A stretch of 64,000 nt of DNA from a virus: positions 18,034 through 82,033 of IMG/VR virus record IMGVR_UViG_3300046534_001250. One strand, 5' to 3'. The position numbers and the translations under genes were made by a program. Of the stretch, positions 9,613 to 17,348 are shown piece by piece. The notes under the pieces were generated by a model. The model was not told the origin of the DNA and did not search any database. It saw only the letters and a program-made list of their open reading frames with translations. Each line of letters begins with the position of its first letter. Within the stretch, counting starts at the first letter, position 1.

Positions 9613-9630
9613 TACTTAAGAGTATAGCAT
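9613..9630 (-). promoter_or_regulatory. Putative phage promoter motif, copy 2 (ATGCTATACTCTTAAGTA) upstream of the patatin cassette
   Basis: TGcTATACT extended -10; 15/18 identical to 4352-4369; about 40 nt upstream of ATG 9571. Confidence 0.6.
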
Positions 9631-9672
9631 TTTCTTGATTCAAAATCAGTTCCATTTACTAAAAGGATAAAA

Positions 9673-10848
9673 ATGACAAACTTAACTAGCTGGTACATAC
9701 CAGAAAGATTAAAAACTGTGGACCCAGACTTTCTTTCATTTGAAGAGGACCTATCCACTCAAGAAGATAGACTAACAATATGGAACCTAGCAGAATCTAG
9801 AGCACTAGGAACTCTGCCTAATCCGCACAATAGTATCCTGCTCTACGTTACTGGCCTGACAGACGACTTTGATCCCATCAAAGCACGAGTAGATACCACT
9901 GGGGGAAGTCCGCCAGATATTGATATTGACTTTGAATCACTCAATCGAGACAAAGCAATTGCATGGGTAATTAACAAGTGGGGGCAAGATAACGTCGCCA
10001 ACATCATAACCCATGGTACATTCAAGCCAAAGAGTTTAACGCGGAGATACTTCAAAATAACTGAAGAAGAACCTCGATTAATGCAAGACATTTTGGAAGC
10101 TGTACCTAAACCTCTCTTCGGAAAAGAGGCTACTTTAGCTGAAATCATTCAGGGCAACGAGGACAAAAACTATGAACCTCACCCTCGACTAGCAACAGAC
10201 GGAAAGTATAAAGGCTGGTACAAGTTCGCTAGCCAGTTAGAAGGAATGATTACTAACTTTGGAATCCATGCAGGCGGAGTAGTCATTAGTGACTTCCCTA
10301 TCTACGAACAGGTTCCAATGTGGAAGAACTCTAAGAGTGAGCGCATTACCCAGTTCGATATGCACGAGGTAGAAGACCTCGGGCTAATTAAGTTTGACTT
10401 CTTAGGTGTTAATAATATTGACATCATCAAGGAAGCTTGTAGGCTTGTAGGCGAAAACCACGGAATAACGTTAGATCCGTACCAGATACCAGACCATGAC
10501 AAGCGAGCATACGCGCTCCTTAACAGTGGGTTGCTTTGCGGAATCTTTCAGATGGAAACTAGTGGCTCGGCCAGAGATCTCATCATGCAAATCCTCCCAA
10601 CAAGTATCGAAGACCTTAGTGACATCAGCGCGTTAAACAGACCTGGTCCACTTGAGAATCATTTCCATACGCTCTACATGGAAAACAAAGCCAATGGGTA
10701 CGCGCCAGAAGGCATCAACGAAATCGTTGCAGACATTACCAAGAGTACCCACTATACGATCATCTACCAAGAACAGGTGATGGCAATCGTATCGCGACTC
10801 GCAGGCTTTACCTTGAGGGAGGCAGATGATGTCCGCAGAGCAATGGGT
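9673..10848 (+). CDS. dnaE: DnaE C-terminal gene, exon 1 (catalytic palm, thumb, fingers)
   Basis: Own RBS AAGGA; PPDIDIDF, GIHAGGVVIS, LIKFDFLG, GIFQME, SALNRPGP, IIYQEQVM; ends ADDVRRAMG. Confidence 0.93.
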
Positions 10849-11232
10849 TAACAACAAAATTCTTTATACGCTATACTCCAACCGAGAGGCAAGTATGCAC
10901 GCTAAAAGAAAAGCCCGGTATCTGGGTGACCAGATGCAAAAACCACCCCGTGAATTGCTGGGAAGTCCTGAAGAGGATGATCAGCAGCCAAGCCCTGAGA
11001 GCAATCTCTCGGAAGGTTCAACGACTAGTTCAAACGTTCTCACCGAGAATATGAAGGACCACGAGCGCGGGGCATCAATACCATTCAAAGAAATTATCTC
11101 TGCACATCTAATGACAGCAGAGACCAAACTTAAATTTGAATACATATTTGATGATGATATAGTCTGAGCTACGTATATAACAAAGCAAAACGTAGAAGCG
11201 CAGGATAAAGAGCCTGCGCGATAACATAACTG
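10849..11232 (+). ncRNA. Group I self-splicing intron (IA-like, 384 nt) in dnaE
   Basis: 5' exon ends in U (GGT); IGS GCCCG; P AATTGCTGGGAA, Q ATCAGCAGCC, R GTTCAACGACTA, S GATATAGTCTGA; P3 CCCCGT/GCGGGG; P9 hairpins; terminal G at 11232; removal restores RRAMG|KKK in frame. Confidence 0.93.
10895..11167 (+). CDS. Intron-internal 90-aa ORF, possible homing endonuclease remnant
   Basis: GCTATACTC motif, GAGAGG RBS and ATG in the P1 loop; frame stays open through the ribozyme core and ends DDDIV* at the S element; no nuclease motif. Confidence 0.4.
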   Translation: MHAKRKARYLGDQMQKPPRELLGSPEEDDQQPSPESNLSEGSTTSSNVLTENMKDHERGASIPFKEIISAHLMTAETKLKFEYIFDDDIV

Positions 11233-12579
11233 AAAAAAAAGATGTCCGTACTTGAGGCAGTTAAGCCCAAGTTCATTACAGGATGCCTAGCAAGCGGTAC
11301 GACCTCAGGAGCCGCTGAAGCTCTTTGGAAGCAGTTGATTCTATTCAGTCACTACGGCTTCAACAAGTCACACAGCGTCGCTTACAGTGTCATTACGTAC
11401 GTGTGTGCATACCTAAAAGCCAACTATCCAGCAGAATTCTTCTGTGCCCTCATGACTATCCGTAGTCAGACGATGGCTACTAAGGATTGGTGCCTTAAGG
11501 CGCCAGAGTATGTGCAAGAGGCAGAGAACATGGGGATCCGTATCCACGGACCCAACGTTCAGCAAAGTAACATCGGCTTCAGTATCGTAGAGAAGGAGAT
11601 TTACTTTGGACTTAATGCCATCAGAAATGTAGGTATTACAGGTGCCAGAAGTGTAATGCAGGCACGAGGAAACCGTCGATTTAAAGACGTCAATGACTTC
11701 GTCTTCAGGATTGACCGCCAGAAAGCAAACACGAAAGTGTTCGCAGCCCTAATATACGCTGGAGCCTTTGACAGAATGGGGTACGACAGAAATGAATTGC
11801 TAACCAGCGCAAGAGCCCTCTATGATTATCCAAAAGATTATCAAGACTCTGTAACTAGAGACGCAGACATTGTTGTCAGAGACAGGCAAAACATAGTGGT
11901 TGAAACGCGAAGAGAAGAGATAAGACTTCTTGTTAAGGAAGCTAAGGCTCTCAACCGAAAAGCCTTAAAGGCTAATCTGCCTGTGTCAGAAGAGACTGAA
12001 TACTGGGTGGAATACACTCAGTATATTAAGGACTTGAAGGCAAAAGCGGCAGACATTAAACAGGCAGAGGAGGAGTTGGAAAATCATTTTGACCAAAGAG
12101 AATTAAAAGACTACCTAGAAGCAGCATCGCTAAGAAAGCTGCCAGCACTTAAACCTAAGCCTAAGCCAGAAGTAGTTATTGTTTCTAGGAGCACTACGAT
12201 TAGTTTGTCAGTAGACCAGCTAATTATGCAAGCCGATTACATTGGTTGCTACTTGGGTGACAATCCAGCGGCAATCATTTTCCCAGAAGCTGAGGCAATC
12301 GCCGCAGTAGAAGACTGCGACTACACTATTATTTGTGGAGTCGTAACCAAAGTGAAAGAAATCATGACAAAAGCAGGAGACCCAATGGCCTTCTTGCAGA
12401 TTGGAGACGGAACTGCCATGGCAGAGATCGTCGTATTCCCTAAGCAATTTAAACGCTTTCACGAGAACAAAACGTTCCCTGCCGAAAAAGATCTAGCTCA
12501 GTTTGCTGGACGTATAAAAGGCATGGAACCGATCACGATGCTAGCGGATCAAGTCGAAATTTACAGGAGACCTGAATGA
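11233..12579 (+). CDS. dnaE: DnaE C-terminal gene, exon 2 (fingers, HhH, OB fold)
   Basis: KKKMSVL.., YGFNKSHSVAY, YLKANYPAEFFCAL, FGLNAIRNVG, LIYAGAFD; OB fold KEIMTKAGDPMAFLQIGD. Confidence 0.93.
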   Translation, partial: KKKMSVLEAVKPKFITGCLASGTTSGAAEALWKQLILFSHYGFNKSHSVAYSVITYVCAYLKANYPAEFFCALMTIRSQTMATKDWCLKAPEYVQEAENMGIRIHGPNVQQSNIGFSIVEKEIYFGLNAIRNVGITGARSVMQARGNRRFKDVNDFVFRIDRQKANTKVFAALIYAGAFDRMGYDRNELLTSARALYDYPKDYQDSVTRDADIVVRDRQNIVVETRREEIRLLVKEAKALNRKALKANLPVSEETEYWVEYTQYIKDLKAKAADIKQAEEELENHFDQRELKDYLEAASLRKLPALKPKPKPEVVIVSRSTTISLSVDQLIMQADYIGCYLGDNPAAIIFPEAEAIAAVEDCDYTIICGVVTKVKEIMTKAGDPMAFLQIGDGTAMAEIVVFPKQFKRFHENKTFPAEKDLAQFAGRIKGMEPITMLADQVEIYRRPE

Positions 12580-13685
12580 GTACAAACAAATGGCGCGCCG
12601 AAGAAGAGCGCCTTCTAAAGATGCTTCTACCTACTAATACCCACCGAGAAATCTCTGAACAAATCAATCGAAGATTTGCTCAGAAGCTAACAGGGTTCCC
12701 TGGTGAACGTAGCGAAGAATCAATTCGAAAAAAGATCGCACGAGAAGGGTGGAAGAAAGAAGACTTTAAAAACTATCAGGAAGAAAACGAGGTAGCTACT
12801 ACCTTTAGGAAAATCGCTGCTATCCAAGAAGAATACAAGGATCGTTCTATCAAGCTTACCCGAGGCGTTATGCCAGCGGACCAAGCTACGACTAAGATCT
12901 TGTCCCTAAGTGATATTCACTTTCCGTTTGCGCGAGAAGACTTACTAGAACGAGCAATCAATGACAATTCAGATGCTGATATCGTTGTAATTAACGGAGA
13001 TATGCTGGAGGGTTATATCTTTAGCTCTTTTAAGAAGTCGAAGAACATTGCAGCAATTCACGAATACATTACAGCGTTTGAATTCGTTGAAGTGTTATCC
13101 AAGCGCTTCAAGGACGTAGTAATTGTAGACGGCAATCATGACATACGGTCTGGCCGACTGATTGGAGAAGGCATCCCTAAGGGAGCCGAACAAGTTCTTC
13201 GTACCAATCTGGTACAGCGAATTGCCAATGGTGAACGGCTTGATGAAACTGGAGCTGTTGTCGAACTAGTGGACTTTAAGAATGTTCATTACGAGGCTCG
13301 TGAGAGCTGGTATGTTCGTATTGGTAAGACCTTGTTTATCCACCCTCATACACGAGGCAGTGGTAAGCCTGGCTTTACAGTCAACGCAGTTGGAGAAAAG
13401 CTACTCAAGCGCTATCCAGATGGCGACGTTGACAGTGTGGTTTGCGGCCACACCCATCAGGTCTACAAGGGCATCGTTAATGGTGTCCTTATGATGGAAC
13501 AGGGTTGCCTGGCAGACTTACTTGCTTATGTATGGAAGCCCAACAGCCTAACCCGCAAAAACTATCAAAACGGCTATGCCGTTATATATCAAGACAAAGA
13601 CGGTAACACAGACTTTAATCGAAGTGGAGTAATTTACTTTGGTGAAGTTATTCCCGCCAAGAAAGAAATTTTCAGTAAGGACTAA
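12576..13685 (+). CDS. Calcineurin-like metallophosphoesterase with N-terminal HTH/Myb-like region
   Basis: SDIH, NGD, GNHD, HPH, GHTH motifs; N-terminal WRAEEERLL..RSEESIRKK. Confidence 0.85.
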   Translation: MSTNKWRAEEERLLKMLLPTNTHREISEQINRRFAQKLTGFPGERSEESIRKKIAREGWKKEDFKNYQEENEVATTFRKIAAIQEEYKDRSIKLTRGVMPADQATTKILSLSDIHFPFAREDLLERAINDNSDADIVVINGDMLEGYIFSSFKKSKNIAAIHEYITAFEFVEVLSKRFKDVVIVDGNHDIRSGRLIGEGIPKGAEQVLRTNLVQRIANGERLDETGAVVELVDFKNVHYEARESWYVRIGKTLFIHPHTRGSGKPGFTVNAVGEKLLKRYPDGDVDSVVCGHTHQVYKGIVNGVLMMEQGCLADLLAYVWKPNSLTRKNYQNGYAVIYQDKDGNTDFNRSGVIYFGEVIPAKKEIFSKD

Positions 13686-13687
13686 AC

Positions 13688-14020
13688 ATGAGTAAACTAA
13701 TTGACCCCAAGACAGGCCGGCCTATGGGCGGCAACACGGTACCCTTAGCAGCAATCGTAAAGCAGCTCTCCGTTCAGGACGACAAAATCGATGCGATGAC
13801 TCAGCAAACTATCCACCTGGGTATTTTCATGCAGTTTATCGTGGAACAGCTAGCAGATATCAATATCGTTGTTGATACCTCAAATTTTGCAGCTTACGCT
13901 CAAGAAAAGTGGCAAGAGCTTCGAGAGGCCAATACAGCCCGAGTAGACGATGCTGTTACAGAAATGCAGGAAAACACACCAGATGCGGCGACCACGCTTG
14001 GAGTAGATCTCGATGGATAA
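13688..14020 (+). CDS. Hypothetical helical protein
   Basis: 110-aa ORF with AAGGA RBS. Confidence 0.65.
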   Translation: MSKLIDPKTGRPMGGNTVPLAAIVKQLSVQDDKIDAMTQQTIHLGIFMQFIVEQLADINIVVDTSNFAAYAQEKWQELREANTARVDDAVTEMQENTPDAATTLGVDLDG

Positions 14021-15077
14021 CAACTGGTCATTCATTGATCACGTTACCGATTCTCTACTAATACCTCGCCCAGGCGATTCAAAGCACCCGACGCTGTGGC
14101 CTTCGGAAGCCACAGCGACTGTAACCGAAAACGGAAGAACTAAGGTGCTAGGCAAATGCCGACGCCAACGTTTCTTTCGCTTCATGCTTAACTGCTACAA
14201 GTTCTATCCCAGGTACGCTCATTGGAAGCCACTTGCAGACGAACTAGTTCGTGAACGAATTCCGCCAGATCGCTACATGCTGTGGATTTGGAGACAAGGA
14301 GAGCTCTATGAGGACTTCCTCGTAGAGCAATCTAAAATCTCTGGAGTCTTTGCCTGCGGTCAAGTACCACTCTACATCAAAGATCATAACATCTCTGGCA
14401 AAGAGGATATCGAAACTATCAATCCAGTCACTCATAAGTTTTCCATCGTAGAAGCTAAGAGTGTTTATGGATTTGGTGGCAACGTAGTACTTGGTACACC
14501 TGCAGCTAGACGCAAAGGATTCATGGGGGTTCCCCGAGAAGGGAACCTTATGCAAATTGGTATCTATCACTGGTGGAAGGCTTCGGCAGATTCGTCTTAC
14601 GAGGAAAGCAGACTAGTATACGGAAGTAGAGATACTGGCCGTTACGCTGAATACCTTGTTAAAACTGAACCAGAAGTAACTGAAGATGGTGAAACTCGTA
14701 CTTACATCTGGCACAAGGGCAATGCTCCTGTTCAGACTCCATGGGTTAAGAGCGCAATCTATATCGAAAATATCTTCGAGCAGTATGCTGGTACACAACT
14801 AGCAGTCGACGGAGGGTTTATTCCTCCCCGAGACTTCAAGTTGTTATTCGATGAAAAGGACCTGGCTCACCTATCAGATGAAGGAGGTCTTAGTAAGACT
14901 GACCAGATTCAGTATGACAAGGTCATTGCTCGTCGAGAAGAGAACGTCGAGCTAGTAGCAGCCGGTAAGAAAGAGAAGAAAGAACTTAAGCAGGTTGAGA
15001 AAGGTGATTGGCAGTGTAGATTCTGCAATTACAAGACCGTCTGCTTTGATAAGGACTCGGTACCACGAGAGGTATAA
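14013..15077 (+). CDS. Cas4/RecB-like PD-(D/E)xK exonuclease with Fe-S cysteines
   Basis: PSE..CRR, SGKED, VEAKS, QIGIY, C-terminal CRFCNYKTVC. Confidence 0.82.
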   Translation: MDNNWSFIDHVTDSLLIPRPGDSKHPTLWPSEATATVTENGRTKVLGKCRRQRFFRFMLNCYKFYPRYAHWKPLADELVRERIPPDRYMLWIWRQGELYEDFLVEQSKISGVFACGQVPLYIKDHNISGKEDIETINPVTHKFSIVEAKSVYGFGGNVVLGTPAARRKGFMGVPREGNLMQIGIYHWWKASADSSYEESRLVYGSRDTGRYAEYLVKTEPEVTEDGETRTYIWHKGNAPVQTPWVKSAIYIENIFEQYAGTQLAVDGGFIPPRDFKLLFDEKDLAHLSDEGGLSKTDQIQYDKVIARREENVELVAAGKKEKKELKQVEKGDWQCRFCNYKTVCFDKDSVPREV

Positions 15078-15292
15078 TGGAAACCTATTTCTGGGTTAAA
15101 GTATTTGATGGGGCTCGGGGCTATAGCTTCGGGCCCTATCCCGTTTTTAGTGTAGCTGCGGAAATTCTCGTAGAAGCGCCAATGATTATTGCACAACTAG
15201 GAGGTGGCGACAGCACTGTTTGCTCACTGACAGAAGAAGTTATTATTAACGGCTCCTGGACGGTAATAAACGTAAAAGTAGAGACACGATGA
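15077..15292 (+). CDS. Hypothetical protein
   Basis: 71-aa ORF coupled at both ends. Confidence 0.6.
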   Translation: METYFWVKVFDGARGYSFGPYPVFSVAAEILVEAPMIIAQLGGGDSTVCSLTEEVIINGSWTVINVKVETR

Positions 15293-16212
15293 GTATCTAT
15301 GTAGACGTTGCTGTAGAAGCAGTAACCGTAAGCGAAGTAGTTATTGAGCCCAGAAAGGGCTCTGTGCCCGCAGAAGAAGTGCTTACGGGCTTCCCTATCC
15401 ACTCTACGCCTGATGGCCTAGTCACGGGTTACGACGTGTGTGAAGCCTTACTAAAGGTAGGCGGAAGTCCAATACTTTCCCCAGATATTCCAAAGGATGA
15501 GTGGGAGGCCGCAATAGCAGAGTTCGCTGGCAATCCAAAATTCTGGATTGCAGCACGTAATGATAGAGATCTAATCGAAGAGATTAAAAACATTACTGGT
15601 GATAGCAGTCTGAATATCGCAACAGATGCAACCAATGGGTGGAGTAACGATTCTATCTTGATGACTCATTTCTTAGCCAAGCAGCCAACAGTCATAGGTA
15701 TCATGAGTGGACCAGTCGCTACTATCTTGGCCGCACTGGATATGCAGACGTCTGGCTGTACACATATCAGAGTAGGCATTAACAGCAATGGAGTAGGTTT
15801 TCCGCACCTCACGGCGGTAGCACAGATAGCCCAAAGGCTCACAACCTCAAAAGTAGTTGCTGATTGTCAGATCCAAACGCCTGCAGAAGCAGTCAAATAC
15901 CTGGCAGCTGGCGCTAACTCTATTATGCTAGACATACCGTTTGCATACGTTAGAGAGAGCAGGGGCTGGGTACAGGATGGATGGATAGAAACTATCCCGC
16001 AGGCAAGCGTCGTACGCTTCCCACTTCCAGACCCTACTCCCAAGCTAGTTAGAGACGGTATCCAATGGGATGGAGCCACTACCGCAAGCGTGGTAGCTAG
16101 CTATCGAACCGGCGCCTGTAAAGCCCTGGCTTTGCTAGGCTGTAGAACTGATGAGTTTATAACTAACCAATCAAAATTTATAAGAACAAAACAAGGAGAA
16201 ACATATGGCTAA
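15289..16212 (+). CDS. IMP dehydrogenase/GMP reductase-like TIM barrel lacking the catalytic loop
   Basis: HIRVGI-NSN-GVGFPHLTAV and VVADCQIQTPAEAVKYLAAGANSIML match the family, but GPGSxCxTR is absent. Confidence 0.72.
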   Translation: MSIYVDVAVEAVTVSEVVIEPRKGSVPAEEVLTGFPIHSTPDGLVTGYDVCEALLKVGGSPILSPDIPKDEWEAAIAEFAGNPKFWIAARNDRDLIEEIKNITGDSSLNIATDATNGWSNDSILMTHFLAKQPTVIGIMSGPVATILAALDMQTSGCTHIRVGINSNGVGFPHLTAVAQIAQRLTTSKVVADCQIQTPAEAVKYLAAGANSIMLDIPFAYVRESRGWVQDGWIETIPQASVVRFPLPDPTPKLVRDGIQWDGATTASVVASYRTGACKALALLGCRTDEFITNQSKFIRTKQGETYG

Positions 16213-16600
16213 GAAATATCAAATGGCTATCGTATCATACCCCAAAGAAACCGTAGTTAATTACTACGATTCAAATCTAGCAACGAGTGCTATTGACCAG
16301 CTGACTATTAAACACAGGTGGTCCAACAAAATATCGGTTCCAACAGTAGTAGTAGATATACCAGATACTTTTACTGCCTTCTTGGAGTACAAGAGCTTTA
16401 GGTACTACCGAGATAGTACTTCTGTAAATTGGATCATTCGAGGGTGTAGCGTAATTGCCTTAGAAGGGGTTGAAGTTAAGAGCAAACTCGATATCATTGG
16501 CGACGCCCTACGAGATGGAAAAGTTGATAAGAACACAGTACTAAAGCAAGACTACAACTTCTCTCGTAACGGAGGAAGAGTTAATGTCCGAACAGCCTAG
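16205..16600 (+). CDS. Hypothetical protein
   Basis: 131-aa ORF, AGGAGA RBS. Confidence 0.65.
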   Translation: MAKKYQMAIVSYPKETVVNYYDSNLATSAIDQLTIKHRWSNKISVPTVVVDIPDTFTAFLEYKSFRYYRDSTSVNWIIRGCSVIALEGVEVKSKLDIIGDALRDGKVDKNTVLKQDYNFSRNGGRVNVRTA

Positions 16601-17348
16601 CATCGTAGTCTTTGGAGATCCAATCCTAGACGTCTTTTATCTAGGTACTATGGACGGCTTGCGATTCACTCCAAAGAAGACAACCAACAGGAATGGAGGT
16701 GCTGTGAACACTCTGCTCAATGTTGTTGCAGTCTTACCAGAAGGATACCCGGTGATAGACAAGGTAGAGGGACTTGGTTCCGCCCGCCTGATTCGTCACT
16801 GTGACCTTAACGGGGTGGTGCTACATGAATTCTGGGCAGACAAGCCTTCTTCCCAGTTTGCGTGGGCCCTCAACAACACTGATGTTGCTATCTTTAGTGA
16901 CTATGGACACGGAAGCTTAACTGCTCGCCCAGGTAGTATGGTCGCTAAGCACAAGCTGGCAGTGGTTGATAGCAAGCGCAGGACCTTCGACACGTCTTAT
17001 CTAGAAAAGACCGAGACTAAAATCTGGAGATGCACTGGTGACGAGTACGATGAAACGTGGGCTAAAAACTTTGATTGGATAGTCATTACCGATGGTGCAT
17101 CAAATATCTATATTCGGCAAGGAATTCGGCCAGGAGTTGGTGGATGCTTGATCGTACCTACGATTGACGTAGTGGATGCATGTGGTGCTGGCGATACATT
17201 CACTGCCGCTCTAGGATCTTACTTGCTCATGCACTCACTCAGCCCAAACTTAGATGAACTAATGCTAGCTTGTGAGTTTGCTCGTAAGGCTTCGCAAGAT
17301 GTCTGTATGCAGAAGTTCACAGCAGTAACAAATATAACCTTGAGGTAG
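16584..17348 (+). CDS. PfkB-family sugar kinase, HldE/RfaE domain I (heptose-7-P kinase)-like
   Basis: VFGDPILD, GGAVN, FSDYGHG, VVDSK, VDACGAGDTF. Confidence 0.8.
   Translation: MSEQPSIVVFGDPILDVFYLGTMDGLRFTPKKTTNRNGGAVNTLLNVVAVLPEGYPVIDKVEGLGSARLIRHCDLNGVVLHEFWADKPSSQFAWALNNTDVAIFSDYGHGSLTARPGSMVAKHKLAVVDSKRRTFDTSYLEKTETKIWRCTGDEYDETWAKNFDWIVITDGASNIYIRQGIRPGVGGCLIVPTIDVVDACGAGDTFTAALGSYLLMHSLSPNLDELMLACEFARKASQDVCMQKFTAVTNITLR

Noticed and set aside
4352-9630. Invertible DNA segment bounded by the 18-nt inverted motif
   Set aside because: The repeats are imperfect (15/18), no site-specific recombinase is in the window, and inversion would not rebuild dnaE. A promoter role explains the positions better, although read-orientation data could still test this.
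9673-9840. HN|S in NPHNSILLY of DnaE gene 2 resembles a split-intein C-terminal junction
   Set aside because: Gene 1 has no IntN: after GSAAG it continues as canonical DnaE, with no block A or block B motif. The block F spacing is also poor. HNS aligns simply with the AGS of the duplicated palm segment.
5900-9930. Intron, trans-splicing or ribosomal hop joining dnaE gene 1 to gene 2
   Set aside because: No group I or II core elements are visible at either end, the gap holds six ordinary genes and a terminator hairpin, and gene 2 has its own RBS and start.
10826-10894. ORF-track start at 10826 for the intron ORF, and ATG 11242 as an independent start for the last dnaE piece
   Set aside because: 10826 lies inside exon 1 in another frame, whereas ATG 10895 has an RBS within the intron. 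11242 lacks an RBS and is reached in frame after splicing.
14013-15077. CRISPR-Cas locus suggested by the Cas4-like gene
   Set aside because: No repeat-spacer array or other cas genes were seen; stand-alone Cas4-like nucleases are common in phage replication modules.
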